Positions 1 through 13,922 of a DNA stretch of 64,000 bases are shown piece by piece (position 1 is the stretch's first letter; the number at the start of each line of letters is the position of its first letter). The notes beneath the pieces were generated by a model, which worked only from the letters and a program-made list of their open reading frames with translations, ran no database searches and was not told where the DNA came from. The position numbers and the translations under genes were made by a program. This stretch comes from Harriotta raleighana (Eukaryota), in assembly GCA_050575255.1 (NCBI GenBank), contig JBNZDD010013705.1, forward strand, positions 6,651,620 through 6,715,619, in the 5' to 3' direction.

Positions 1-174
1 CTTTGTGCCAATTCACAAAGAACATTAAAAATGAATTGTTTACACTTTACAAATTTACACTGTAGTTGCATTGATTAATGTGTGAAAGTTACGACACAGA
101 ATTCATTTGCATATACAGTATAGGGAACAGTACTTATATATCATATGAGATCTAATATATATACAGTATATATA

Positions 175-570
175 TCAACATTGCATTTGATATTGTGCTT
201 ATCACATTATCAAGACATGTCAATGCACTTTATAAGATTTTCAAATGAAGGATTGTGACTATGTATTTGCAGACAATTGTCGCGGTCAATTTGTACACAG
301 CAATGTCTTGCAAACAGCTACAAAGCGAGTGATCTTTTTTTATTCAGTGGACTATTGCCCAGGACACAGAAAGAAACTCCTTTCTCCTTTCAAATATTGT
401 GACAGGAATTCTAGCATCTACTTCAGCTTAATAACTCATGTGAAAGACAATGCATTGGAACCCCAACACTGTACAGGACTGTCAGTCTATATTATAAACT
501 TAAAGTCCGCGTGTGAGACTTGAACCCAGTACTGTTTGATTGACGGGTGCTACAAACTGAACTACACCAA
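175..570 (-). mobile_element. Decayed tRNA-headed SINE (Deu-domain-like family)
   Basis: Reverse-complement SINE tail (TTGCATTTGATATTGTGCTTATCAC...) at the left. B-box-like GACTTGAACCC and a tRNA-like head at the right. Resembles the copies at 31.5, 34.3 and 60.3 kb. Confidence 0.55.
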
Positions 571-3114
571 AAACTGGTCAATCTATAATGAATAATAATA
601 ATCCTTGCATTTGATATAGTGCTTATCACATATTCAAGACGTCTCAAAGCACTTCACAGAAATTACTGGAAAGTGAATTGACTGTATAATTTGGCTGTGA
701 AAAGTGGCAGCCAATGACGCACAGCAGAATGGCTCAAAATGCTTAATAATTATGAACTAGAGCACTGCAAAATCATCAACAAAGGAGATGTAGGGATGTT
801 GAACAAAAGCATGATCAAAATAGCACAAAAGCATTATCAAAAATATTCATTTTAGGAAAAATTTGATGCCAAATTTTAAGGCCATTTTCCATCCTTTTGA
901 TAATTATCGATAGTGACCATGAATTATGTGAGATATCACAGTCATACTCTGTTTCCTCCTCCAGCTCCCTCCCCAAACTGGTATTTCAAATGAATTGTGT
1001 CAGAAAGATCCATTTAAATTTCATGTTGATTTCATGTGAGTTGAGGAAAGCAGGGAAAAAAGCACATTAAAAATGAATTCCTTCATCGCCATAGCTATAT
1101 CAATCTTTGGAATTACATCTTGGTTCAAACTGATTACATGCACAGCAGTAGGTCCACATTTAACAGTACCTTCACTGGAGAGATGACGTATCTCAGTCTC
1201 CGTGAGTGCTTTATACTCTGACTTGATCATTTATCCTCCCTCAGGGATCCTCAGTAAAACTATGAAGAGATAATAAGACAACTACTGTGGTATTGATTTA
1301 CATTTATGTTTGTTAAGCTCAGATAAGAGACTGAGGGAAACAGTGCAGGGCACTGCCAAGGGTGAGAATAATAATAAAAATAATAGAGTGAAACTCCTGA
1401 TAACTCGACCCTGGATTAATTTATCACTACCACACAAGTCATCATTGCTTTCAATATCTCAGCTGCATTTATATATATATATATTCTGTATACAGTATAT
1501 ATGTCTAATTTGCCACTCTGAATAACTTGTACTGAGAACCATTTCCCCCTTGGGGTAATGAGTGATTAGGTGTTTGTAATTCTAATAACGCTAGCATTTT
1601 ATATAGTGCCTTTTAACCCAGGATGACTCAACTCACTTCACAGCATAGTATATAATAGTAATCCTTGCATTTGATTTAGCGCCTTATTACATCATTGAGA
1701 CATCTCAAAGCGTTCCAACAAATTTACTGAGTGTAGGAAAATACAGCACCCTTTTTGCGCGCAGCTATGTTAAGAACTTAATGCCATAAGAATTTTCAAG
1801 GCATAAGAAGACCAAGTTCTGTCTAGTTCACATTCCAGCATTGTTTGACATGTCGTGTTTCAAATTATATCCTGAGATATTATATTCTAATTTGTTGCAC
1901 ATGCATTTGATGCTGGGAATTGTTGGCGAGGATACCTGGAGCAAGAGCAAGATTAAACAAAAAGTGCAATGGTAAACTTGAGTTTAAAATGTTCCTAGAA
2001 TGTTGGGGTAACATAATTAATTCTGTGTCAAGTCTTGAAATCTTGTGAAGGAATAAATTCACAAGGGAGTAAGCCGAGGGTCTAAAAAGCAAGATTTCTG
2101 AATCACAAAGATTTGTCAGAGCAAATTCTGCACATGTTCAGATATGTTAATTCAGACCAACACAATAGAATTTTGAATTCTGATCTCAGATGGATTCCAT
2201 GAAAATCAGATTGTGGCCAAAGGAAGTTCCTGATTTTCAGAATCCAGAGAATCTGTGGCGATTAGCATCTGTCCAGAGATAAGATTTCCCTGGAGTTCCC
2301 TGATCTACGTCTTCATGGAGAATCACCAATGCCACAGTAAGTGACATGGTAAATTGTGTGAAAGGCTGTCAAGGCTGAAAGATAAATTGTGTGAAAGGCA
2401 CCTCACCATTGGGCAGCTCCCCATTGGGTGTGGAGAACTGATGCATTTTGGCTGTTATTTTATTCAGCTTGATAAACACTACAATTGTACAGATGCAATA
2501 AACATTAACTCAGTAGGTAGCATAATTGAACCGTTGAAATCTAATTTAGTTTTATTAAGTGTGCTGGAAAGAAATGTAAGTCTTTTGATAAGGTTCTGCA
2601 CCAGAAGCATTAGCAAAAATAAAAGCACATGGAATTGAAGGTGGATAACCTTGCCATATGGCTTGGTAATTGTTTGGAAGGCAGGAACTAGAGAGTAAGG
2701 ATAAAACAAACGTTTTCTAATTAGTAGACATGACAAGCGTTGTTCCCCAGGGATCTGTACTGCGGCTTAGCTTTTCACAGTATAGATATATACTATATAA
2801 GGAAATATATATATATACTGTAAATGACTTGCATGAATGAATAAAGTTTATATCAAAATGACAAAATGTTAGATACCACGGAAAATTGTGTAAATGGGAG
2901 CAAATTACAAATGGATTTAGGCAGTTTAAGTGAGAGGGCAAAACTAAGAATTGTGGAAGAGAAAAAGTATTTGGATGTCCACATACACAATTCACTAAAA
3001 CAAGCTCACGGATACAAAAGGGGTGTTGGCTTTTATCTCAAGGGGGCTAAAATATAAAAGATAGGATAAGATGCTTAAACTGTACAGAGTCTTCGTCAGT
3101 CCCTATCTGAAGTA

Positions 3115-3580
3115 CAGTAAAAGCCCATTTATCCGGCACCCTCGGGACCTGGCCAATGTCGGTTAAATGGCTTGCCGGATATTCTGTCGAATACTCAACA
3201 CAAAAAAAATTAACTTATTTTAACACATACCATATTAATAATAGACTAAATAATAACAGACCTTTGTTATTCACCTAACAATTCACCTAAAAATCACCTT
3301 TGCTGGTAGATGCCTGCTTTGAACCCATGATGCTGAGGTACAGGTGTACAGTCTATTGCTAACTTCTACAATGGCGGACGCGATGTGAGGGAAAAAAACG
3401 GCAGCACCACTTTAAAGGCACTACAAGCAGCATTCCGAAATACCAATACGAGGGGAAAAAAAAGCGCCACTGCGATGATGCCGGATAAGATCTGGTTATT
3501 CGAATGGGGACCTTTTTTTTGAGGTGGTGGTTCAACGGAAGTTATGGTTGATCGAGTCATGGATAAACAAGCTTTTACTG
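3115..3580. mobile_element. Non-autonomous Tc1/mariner (pogo/Tigger-like) MITE
   Basis: TIRs CAGTAAAAGCCCATTTATCC and GGATAAACAAGCTTTTACTG, each flanked by TA. A second copy lies at 55761-57568. Confidence 0.85.
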
Positions 3581-3656
3581 TATTGTGTACAGCTTTGGAC
3601 ACTGCACCTCAGGAAGGATATATTGGCACTGGATAGGGTGAAGTACAAATCCACCT

Positions 3657-3973
3657 GGATTCCTGTACCTCAGTGGTTAGAGCACTCGCCTTACTAGTGA
3701 GAGATCTGGGTTCGATTCCAGGCACTACAAAATCTTGGGCAAGTTTTCTTACTCCACATGCTTAATAATAATCCCTCAAAAAATAAAAGAAAGTAATAAA
3801 TTGATCATTTGAATCAACGACTGATTGTAGGATTCTGCTGAGTGCAATTGGCTACCATGTTTCACCCAGAAACATAGAGTCAATTCACTTTACAGTATAT
3901 TCTCTGAAGTGCTTTGAGACGTCTAAAAGACATCAAAAGTGCTATATTAAATACAAGGATTGTTACTATTATA
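3657..3973 (+). mobile_element. tRNA-derived SINE, near full length
   Basis: A-box-like CTCAGTGGTTAGAGC, B-box GGTTCGATTCC, and an L2-like 3' stem-loop with an ATT-rich tail. Homologous to the copies at 7.2, 40.4, 45.2 and 46.4 kb. Confidence 0.85.
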
Positions 3974-4419
3974 AAACCGGGGTTTAAAAGATTAATTGAT
4001 GAGAAGTTGCATAAACTCAGTCTCTATTCCCTTGATTTTAGAAGGTTAAGGTGTGATCTGAATTTTTAAAAAGTAGTCAGAAGTCAGCAAAAATACTCAC
4101 CTTAATCCTTATCAAAACTGCAACCTCAAATAGTTACATAATACACATATATGACTGCATCATGATTCAAAGCATCCACAATGCAAATCCGAACCGTGCC
4201 CCCCCCACCCCCTTGTTTAAATCCTGACCCGTGACTGTTCAGCGACTTGAGACATCCTCCCGATGTGAAAGGCAAATGTAATTTTGTTGTTGTTGGACTA
4301 TGAAGGAAAAGTTTCATTTTGCAAAGCAAAACAGATTGTTGGTTAAGCTTTCTATTTTAAATTATTAATAGTTATTATATTTTAAAAATTACTATGTTTA
4401 ATTCCTTTACATACTACTT

Positions 4420-5115
4420 TTACTTTTCCACCACCTCCGCAACATCGCCAGACTCCGCCACTGCCTCACCCCCTCAATGCTGCCAAAACACTTGTTCACG
4501 CATTCACCACATCAAGGCTCGACTATGAGTACTCTCTCCTCATCAACCTTCCCAGCCCCTCCCTTCACAATTATTCAGAATTCTGCAGCTCATGTATTCA
4601 CCCGCACTAGGCTTGGCGACCACATCACTCCCACCCTCGCCCATCTCCACTTTCTCCCCATCCCCCGGAGATCGAATTCAAGATCATCATCCTCACTTTC
4701 AAGGTCATTCACGACCTTGCCTCCCACTATCTCTCCGACTTGCTGTCTCCCTATCAGCCTGCCCTTCGCCTCTGTTCAGCGGGCTCTGGCCTGCTCCATG
4801 TCCCCCGCCCGAACCGCCCAACCATTGGTGGCTGGGCTTTCAGCCTCTCTGCCCCCGCACTCTGGAACTCCATCCCACAATCCCTTTGCCTCGCTTTCTC
4901 GCTTTCCTCCTTCAAGACTGGTCTCAAGACCTCCCTCTTCGACCGTGTCTTTTGCTGCCCTCCTAACTCTTCCTCCTTTCCTACTCTTCATTCCCCTGCC
5001 CTTACTCCGACCCTTCCCCCCCTACTCGGGACCTGACCTAACTGTTCAGAGCCTTGGGACATCCTCTCGTAGTGAAAGGTGCTCTATAAATGTAATTTTG
5101 TTGTTGTTATTGTTG
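4420..5115 (+). mobile_element. L2 LINE 3' fragment (5'-truncated)
   Basis: Encodes IQNSAAHV..TRLGDHITPTLAHLH and GGWAFSLSAPALWNSIP..FKTGLKTSLF, typical of the L2 ORF2 C-terminus. Ends in a stem-loop plus (TTG)n. Confidence 0.9.
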
Positions 5116-7185
5116 GAAGTGAACTCAGAAATTGCATTCTAAAGCTATTTTAAATGGCTGCCCAAATACATCAAATACCTCTCTCCTCATTCCAAGTCAA
5201 TAAAGAAGAATAATTGTAATAATTCTTATATTTGTTATTGTGCCTTTCACATTAAGAAGACATCCCAAAGTACTTCACAGGATATATTGAAATGTGTATT
5301 GTGTTGATTTTCCACAATGTACTGAATGTCCATCCTCCGTATAGAAGATGTTGAGTTTAATTGTTTCATCATTTTTCCCTCGATCTCCATTAGTTCCATT
5401 GACAGTTTGCTTCAAAGCACCATACTTTACAATTAAACTATACTTGTGTCTCTCTTTATGATCGAATAAAAAAGTACAACAAATACTTTACCATTATATT
5501 GTACACACAAGACCCCTATTGATTCCTACCATTACATTTGATCTTAACCTTTTGCATAGATTTGTTATGACAGCTTGGAAAAGTTCAGCCCAATTCAATT
5601 CAAAGGAAGGGCTTCCTTTCTGACGGGAAGTGCCTTGCAAATGATTCTTGACACATCCACAATTGATTACCATCAGGGGTCTAAGCTCTCAAAGGCAGTA
5701 CAGTCCAAATCATTTAGTGTCAATAGTAAGATTGTTTAAAGCTTTCACAGTTTATATAGTGGAAAGGAATTTATGATGTTAGTACAACATGGCATTTGTT
5801 TCTTTGAAAAATGTTGACACGTTTTGAGAAAGTTATGAGAAAAGAGAAATCTAGCCTCACTTGCTTCTTGAATTATTTCAGGAAAATGAAAGGTTTTTGT
5901 AAAAAATCATAATTGGGGTAAAATTTGCAGTGTTTCTTAATTTGTCCCTTGAGCTACGTAAGGATTGCTCACCAAGTTGTTCACAATTAATTAGCACCAC
6001 AACTATTAAAGGACGTACCTTTACTCAGCATACTGCTCCTGGACTCTCTGATACATCTGTAGTTGAGGTCACCTGGTCAAGTGGTTGCTTGGCAGTAAAT
6101 TTGCGAACTGAATTTATAAGGTTGCTTTGCTGGTAAAGGGCAACAATGGGATTGTAAATCCATATTAGGAGTTTTAATTTAGGGAAATCCTTTGTTCATT
6201 AACTGGTGCGAATCCTTGGCATCTGATTCAATTCTCAGCTCTTCCTTTTCCCTCACATCTGGTTGCTGACCAAGACTGCTTTTCTTCACCTTCAACATGC
6301 CTCCCGTTCTGCCCCTACCTCACACCAAATGCTGCCAATATCCTGAATCATCCCTTTCAAGCGAATTGGGATGTCCTCCTAACGTGAAAGGTGCAATGAA
6401 AATGTAATTTGTTGTTGTTATTTGTTACCTACTACACGGATGTTTCCATTATTCCTAATTACCTCCTTAACTCCACAATCCATAGAACCAATTTAATCCA
6501 AACCTCTTCGCCTGCATCCTCACCCATACTCTGTATGCCTATCATCCAAGCTGGTCCCCAGGTTCTGCCCACTCCCTTTGTTCCAACAGATCACTTTCAA
6601 CATCTTCACCCTCATGCATAAACCCTTTCACTTCTTTCTTTGATTGTGTTCTAACCCACTTCTTTTCTGTCTCAGTTCTCAAGCTTGATGTGCAACCTCC
6701 TTTCTCGCATCACCACGCCAACATGGGTGGCTGAATCTACAACTACAACCTCTGGAACTTTCACCCTTCACCTTTCACCTTGCCCTTCCTCTTTGACCAT
6801 ATGTGAAATCACCTGTCCTTTCTCCTCTTCATGCCTGGTGTCCGGCAACATCTTTGTAAAGGGCTGCCTTGAGGGAATCTCTATAATTCCAAGTTGCTAT
6901 TGTTATACTGTGGTCTTCAACAGTCCATTTGTGTGTTTGAGGTTTTCTTTATTCAGGAATCCCATAAAGAAATACTACAAATTAGACCCCTGGGTGTTTC
7001 TGGGCTGAAGAAGGAATCACAGAGTTGAAGGAGATGGCAGAAAACTTCCAGATTATAATGAGCTTTGAATTAATTGAAGTAAGGGTTGAAGGGAGTGATT
7101 TTTAGAACCTAGTTAGTGAGAACAGACTGTTAAGGATCAGGAAGGTGGAAGGTCAGAAGAGTTTGAGAGCCCAACTGATAATATA

Positions 7186-7498
7186 TAATAGTAATAATCC
7201 TTGCACTTGATAAAACGCTTTTCACGGCTTCTAGAAGTCTCAATGCACTTCACAGAATATACTGTAAAGTGAATTGACTGTATATAAGTGGGTGAAACAC
7301 AGCAGCCAATTGTGCACAGCAGTGTCCTGCAAACAGTTGTGGATTGAAATGACCAATTTATTATTTTTGTCAGAGATTATCATTAGGAGTGTGGAGTAAG
7401 GAAACTTGTCCAAGGTTTCGCCCTGACCTGCTTGGAATTGAACCCAGGTCTCTCGCTTGTAAGGGGAGTGCTCTAACCACTGAGGCACAGGACTCCTA
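7186..7498 (-). mobile_element. tRNA-derived SINE
   Basis: Reverse complement of the 3657 element (GGAATTGAACCCAGG...CTCTAACCACTGAGG), with the ATT-repeat tail at the left. Confidence 0.85.
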
Positions 7499-7949
7499 TG
7501 TGGACAGCAGTGGAGTTGGAAGAAGAAATGGATTGAAAATGTGAAAGGGAAATTATAGTAAACACTTGTTTCTGGGTTATACATACACTCTGCCAAGCAA
7601 CATTTATATGCAACTAGTGGAACCAGTTTCAGCTTTGCTTGAAAGCATCGGATCCATTGTGGAAGGTAGACTGACACACAGACAGACATACAGAATAAAC
7701 AGAGATTTCATTTTTATCTCATCTAGGAGGACTCTTGTGGGTAGAATGCTTTTGGGAAGAGTTGGTGGAAGAACTCAGTACTTTTAAAAACAAAAGTTTT
7801 TTTTGGGCCGTGGCTTAGCTTCATCTCTGTTCTATATTTTGGTTGAATGTGCACTATCCAAGGATGCACATTTCACCTTACAAAGCCACTCTGGAACCTT
7901 GGCATCTTCGTTTACCTTCACCTATTCTGTTTACCACATATTGATGCCA

Positions 7950-8625
7950 TGTCCCGCTCTGCCTTCCCCCACCTCTGCAACATCATCTCGCTCCGCCACT
8001 GTTTCACACTGCAGGAAGCCAAGACCATCATACATGCATTTATAACATTTAGGATTGACGACCCAACTCTGTGCCTGTCGGCTTCCCCAACTCCTTCCTC
8101 CATGGGTGGCAGATCATCCAGAACTCTGCAGCCATATCTTCTCCTGCACCAAGGTTTGGGACCCCATCACCCCCAATCTTGCATGACTCCATTGGCTTCT
8201 GATCACACAGAGAATACAGTTCAAGATCCTGGACCCTACCTTCACAGACCTCCATAGTGTGCTCCCTGCTACCTCTGAAACATTCTACCAACCTGACCAG
8301 TCCTTCTGCTCAGTGAGCCTGATTCACAATCCCCACCTCACCTGTCTTAGCATTTGACGGGTGAACCTTCTGCTACTCTGGCCCCACCTCTAGAACTCCA
8401 TCCCGCAGTCACTCTGCCTCGCCCTCTCTTTTGCCTCTTTCAAAACCCATATCAAGACCCTCCTTTGCAACTGTGCCTTCAATCATCCATCATCCCCCTT
8501 GCTCCCCACCCTTCCCAACCCTAGCCCCTAGGTCGGATCTGAAACACTGATTGTCCAGCGTCTTGGGAGGTTCTTCTGACTTGAAAGGTGCTATACAAAT
8601 GTAACTGTGTTGTTGCTGGTGTTGC
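7950..8625 (+). mobile_element. Older L2 LINE 3' fragment
   Basis: Encodes AKTIIHAFITFRID and IQNSAA-like motifs. Ends in GAAAGGTGCTATACAAATGTAAC...(TTG)n. Confidence 0.8.
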
Positions 8626-10975
8626 TTTGTTCCTGCTGCTTGGCTACTTGCGTGCTCTGTGACGCAGGATGCCACAGCGCCAAGGGCAGCTGGTGCCACT
8701 ATTTGTAACTGTGCATACATGTTCTGCGATGAACAACCCCAAGAATCACTTTGACTCACCAACCAACCAACTGCAGTGAAAAACATATAAGTGAAAATAA
8801 CTCATGAACGATAGAAGATACCCTGAAATAAATAAATCCATAGAAAGATCTTTCCATCCTTTCCAATGAAGTATAAATAATGCCTCTACATTAATCAGTT
8901 ATTGAGATCGTTCTTGAAGTGCTGACAGACATTATCATTTTATTAGTATATAAGATAGATTGCTGTTCTCAAATATACATAATTACATTACTTTTCACTA
9001 TATCCTGTGAAGCGCTTTGAGATATATCAACAGTGTGCTATGGTGCTACATCAAATGGAAGTACATATCATTATTACTTTTATGAAATCATTTATCACTC
9101 CCGAGATCACGTGAATACATGAATTATTCTTTCATTGCCTCTTTCTTAAAGAGCAATGGTAAATATCCTCAAAGCAAAATTTTCAAAACAAAAGTACAGA
9201 ATGAATATAAGTTTTTCTCAGTGTCACTGATCTGTTCCATAACAGGTATGAGCTAGTCCTCAATGACAGGAAAGCATTTGGGCTATTTAAAAAAAAAAAT
9301 TGTTGCTTGAATATGTTGACCTGGATAATTATGCCCCACCAAGGAACTAAGAATGCCACATGATGTATGTATGGTTCAGTTGCGTATTCTCTATCAACAT
9401 TCAATCTATCCTTTGAAGCATGTATTACTGTACTGTTGGATGTGACAATGTTGTAATGCATTGACATAGCAGATCTACTGTTCTGTAGTACATAGTCTCA
9501 TTGGTCTAGATATTTCAAATGCATTTTAAGAATACAAAAAGGTTTTTCAATCATATTTCAAATGGCCCAATGGACCTCATTATCTTGCAATACTGCTTCT
9601 GTAACAGAAGTCATCAACTCTGTAGGCGATATGTGAGTCCAAAGGCCCCAGGCAAGGGAACTAAACTGTGAGAATTCATTTTTGTTTGCCTTTCCTACGT
9701 TTGGTCTGTGTAAAATTCATATTTTGATCTGTAGTACTGACCGATCGACTTCTAATGTGACTTGTGTAATTGGACACGGTAAACTGACTGATAGTTTGCT
9801 ACATCCATCTTACCTGCAAGACTTCAAAGAAAAGCCAGCAGGATGGCTGATTAGTGATTGCTTGATTCTCTGAATCACATATTAGCTGCTGGTACACATT
9901 TACAATTGCTTGCTAATCTAGCCTACAACATTGACAGCACTGTTGATCACAACGAGAGAAAAATCAAAATCTGTGCTGATGAGTTCACAGGGGGTAGCTT
10001 CACTTGCTCATCTCTCACTCTCTTGGCTTGTAATGAATGACAATTTGAAAAGAATCTTGTAGATTGGAGACAGAGAACCCCCAAGGGCAGATGATTGACA
10101 GATTTCATGAAATAAATATTCCAACCCCAGAATTCTCCGTTATTGTCAAGCTCGAGAACAGTAAGCCACGAATGGTGCAACATTTTGACAGCTGAAGAAA
10201 CCAGACATTTAAGTGATGAAGATGCTGTTAGCCATTAATATCATGCCAATCTACAGAATCTCACTTTCAAAAACAGAATCTGCAGGATAATTAATTTGTA
10301 CTATTATATTACTAGGAGACTAAAGTACCAGAAAGATTACTGGAACTTTTGGAACAGAACAGTGATTAATACAAGCATCACAAAACTAGAAAAGATCCAT
10401 TCATCTTCACATTAAATACCCATATGTGTACTTGCTCGCAAAATACAATGCCATAAGAAGGAAGTCTCTTGATTTGGAGATGACATCCCTACTATTAGTT
10501 CTGTTGTGATTGTTCTGTTGTTCAATATTGCTGTTGCCAGCATTGAGGGATCTCTGCCATTGCTTGGGATTAGGATCTCTACTGTTGTCAATGTCATTGC
10601 CTGCCTGCCTGCATCTCTGTTGTTGCCTGCCATTATTTGCTGTCAATGCTCAACCAGCATCAATGGTTGGTTAGATGAGACAAGAGGAGGGCACCTGACA
10701 TCTGAAATCTGAAGAGTTGCTTCTAGTAACAGCAAAAGTAAATCATTTGAGAACAAGAGCACAGGAAAATAAAAGTACTATAAGCATTCCCACCAACTGC
10801 CAGATAAAAGACCGACCATTAAACTTTTGAGCAAGACTGGAAAACTTGAAAAAGTTCATTCAATAATAAATCTCACTTAGACACTCGTCAGTTGTCAGCA
10901 ATCTGGTTCATCAAGAGCTATGTTGGAATATTTTATTTTTTCTCTCAGAAGATCTGCACTTGGTAGGCCAGCACA

Positions 10976-10980
10976 CGTGC

Positions 10981-11016
<36 letters not shown>
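10976..11016. repeat. (GT)n microsatellite
   Basis: Directly visible GT dinucleotide run. Confidence 0.95.
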
Positions 11017-11019
<3 letters not shown>

Positions 11020-13179
11020 CGCATCAATACACATTGTTTTGACAGCTGAAGCTGGATTGTGTGAAATTATATTGTCCATACCTCATGTACTCCAAGTGGA
11101 AAAACTATAAATTCCTCTGACGTTGAAAAGGATTTCAAACTATTGCCACTTACAGCTTGTGGTTACATCATTTTTCAAAAGAAGCGAACACTTTTTCCAA
11201 CTTGCACTTATTGGTACAAGAACAACCTTTTGCGTAAAGGCATGGCTTTGTTTCAACTGAGGTGGACAAATCAAATTCAGACACCTTCACATTGAATACC
11301 CATATGTGTACTGGGCATTTGTGAACGATTAGCTTGCAAGACAATAACCACACCAGTAATGGTTGCAATCAATCATTTACTACTTTAATCCATAACAACA
11401 ATTATAATAATCTCAATCTAAGAACAGTCAAGTACAATTATGACAAAATTATATCAAGATAATGTAATATAGTGGTGACTACCTCAGAGATATTAGTAAT
11501 GATTAGTTACCATCTCTGGGGAAGCTCTGCAAGGCATCTCTCTCACGTCCATAATCTTGAGACATCTCAAAGTGCTTCACAGTTTTATAATGCAGGAAGG
11601 TGTATTTGTAGGTGTATCGAGGTATAATTGTGTCCAGGGTAAAGCAGGAGAAAGGCTGCTTCACTCTCAGTAGTACAGCTTGCTTTATACATCTTGTTCC
11701 GCATCCTTCCAATTGTGGCCGACCCCCACCCAATCTTCTAGTTCTGTGCAACTTCAGATTTGGCAGATTTGCTTATCTCAAAAATTAGGTGTTTTAATTT
11801 TTGCAATGTTACTAAGGAGTTAAATGTGCAACCGACATTTCATTAAGATTAACTCATTGCCTGTTCAATATGCTCACACCATTTGATTCATGTCCTTTGA
11901 TTGGAACATGGACAAGTGAGCTCAGGACAAATCTCTGCCCCTTCCCCCTGCCATGTTCGAACTAGAGTGAATGTGAACCACAAAACCTTGATGCCACCTT
12001 CCCCTCTCATGAGCAGGGATACAGGATGAATCAAACTATCTGATCTCCAATTTAATCTCTTGCCAGCAAACTGAGATCCAAATACAGTATTAGTTTATCT
12101 AGAAAGTATTAGCCACCCATCTGGTTCAGTTTTTTATGGGCTCATTGGATTGAAATACTTCCAGGATTTCAGTTATATTTGCTCACAGATTCTGTATTTT
12201 AATTGGTTCCATTTGGCTCAGAACATGTTTCCTTTACCTTTTGCATGTCTCCTTCCAGCCCTGCCATTTATCGCTCAGTAAATTGGAATACAAGAGCCTG
12301 TGGAGAGTACATAGTGATGAATCTGCACTTTGTGAACTATCCCTTCCAAGTGCATCTCCTTTCCATTAGTAGCCAAGAGAAAACCATGTGAGTGACAAGC
12401 CTTTTGGAGTCTACAGAGAGGAAATAAAGTTGGTTAAATAAAAAAAAGTGGAATTTGTTGAACTGCATTTAGTTTCTCTAGATTTCTGCGGAACACTTAG
12501 GCAAGCAGTGGTTACTGCCAGTGACATATTGATCTTCAAAGGCGTTGCTAATAGTGCTGTGTGTTATTTTTGTGAGAGAGATAGACAGAAACGACAACTT
12601 TCCTTGGCAAGCTGATCTCTTCTCTCAGAGCAATCAACACACTATTTAATTCTCAACAACAACAACAAAATTACATTTGTTTTGCGTCTTTCGCGTAGCG
12701 TGGAAATCCTGACATGAAAGATGCTGTACCTTTCTTCTTCATTCCTGCATGTATTGAAATGGACCTTGTATAAAAGATGGACATCTTTTAACTGCCTGCG
12801 ACCATCTATCCAAGCCAATACTAACCATGTTTGGATTGAAAGCACGACACCTCCACCCCTACTCCTCTATCTCACGCCTACAGTCAAAGTACTCTTAGCA
12901 ATGAGATCACATTCTTGGACTATGTTCCATTTCAAATTCACCCTCTCTCACCTCTGTAATATATCACTTGTCTTCCCTGACACGCCAAAGCTCAGCCTGT
13001 GTGCTCTCCTTCTGCGGACATTAAAGATCCTATGACATTACTTGAAAAGAGAAATGAGTTTTTCCCAGTGTACTGACTAATAATCCTCCAGATAAAATGG
13101 ATCATTTGCTTCATGGCTGTCTGTGCACAAATTGGTCTGCAGAATACACCACCACTTTCCTTGAAGACCAGTGACGAGC

Positions 13180-13375
13180 GTTAACATCTACATGAATAGA
13201 TAGTCAGAACCTCAGTTTAATGACTCAAGAAAAAGATAATATCTTTACCAATGCAGCATACCATCAATACTACACTGGAGCATCGGTGCAGACGATCCTT
13301 TTTGAGTTTAAAGTCCCAATGTGGGGGGCTGAACCTACAACCTTTGGATGCAGAGATGAGAATGTGATCAACTGT
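13180..13375 (-). mobile_element. Deu-domain-like SINE 5' half
   Basis: Reverse complement of the head and core seen at 60270-60480 (GAACCTCAGTTTAATG..., CTGAACCTACAACC). Confidence 0.55.
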
Positions 13376-13376
13376 A

Positions 13377-13922
13377 TGCAGATTATTCTGGGAACTCTGC
13401 AGCTCTTGTATTCTCCCACACTAGGCTCTGCAACCACATCACTCCCACCGTTGCCCATCTCCACAGGCTCCCCATCCCCCAGAGGATTGAATTCAAGATC
13501 CTCGTCCTTACTTTCAAGGCTATTCACACCCTTGCCCTGCCTGTCTCTCTGACCTGCTGTCTCCCTGTCAGCCTGTCCATCCCCTCTGTTCAGCAGGCTC
13601 TGGTCTGTTCCATGTCCCCCACCCGAACCACCCTATGGTCGGTGGTGGGGCTTTCAGCCTCTCTGCCCCCACACTCTGGAACTCCATCCCGCAATCCCTT
13701 TGCTTCGTTTCCTCCCTTTCCTCCTTCAAAGCTGGTCTCAAGACCTTCCTCTTCGACTGTGCCTTTTGCTGCCCTCCTAACTTTCTCTCCTTCCACCTGC
13801 CCCTGCCCCTACCCCGACCCTCCACCCCCTTGGTCTGGTACCGACTTAACTGTTCAGTGCCTTGGGACTTCCTCCCGATGTGAAAGGCGCTCTATAAATG
13901 TAATTTTGTTGTTGTTGTTGTA
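13377..13922 (+). mobile_element. L2 LINE 3' fragment
   Basis: Encodes GGGAFSLSAPTLWNSIPQSL..FKAGLKTFLF, followed by a stem-loop and (TTG)n tail. Confidence 0.9.

Larger units (their letters stand above)
2640..4075 (+). mobile_element. Decayed CR1-type LINE RT/C-terminal fragment, interrupted by a MITE and a SINE
   Basis: GTTCCCCAGGGATCTGTACTG encodes VPQGSVL (~2742). LYRVFVSPYLKY/YCVQLWTLHLRKDILALDRV spans the MITE insertion and matches the CR1 motif LYxxLVRPHLEYCVQFWSP..RKDI..LERVQ. Confidence 0.75.

Noticed and set aside
3657-3730. tRNA gene (also 7430-7498, 45470-45534, 46620-46689, 58635-58690)
   Set aside because: The tRNA-like A/B boxes are degenerate, and in the first four cases they run directly into SINE body and tail. 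These are SINE heads.
1160-10230. Peptide resemblance LTETEIRHLSSEGTV (minus, ~1200) vs LTAEETRHLSDEDAV (plus, ~10185)
   Set aside because: Only 15 codons, no extension on either side and no splice context. Most likely chance.
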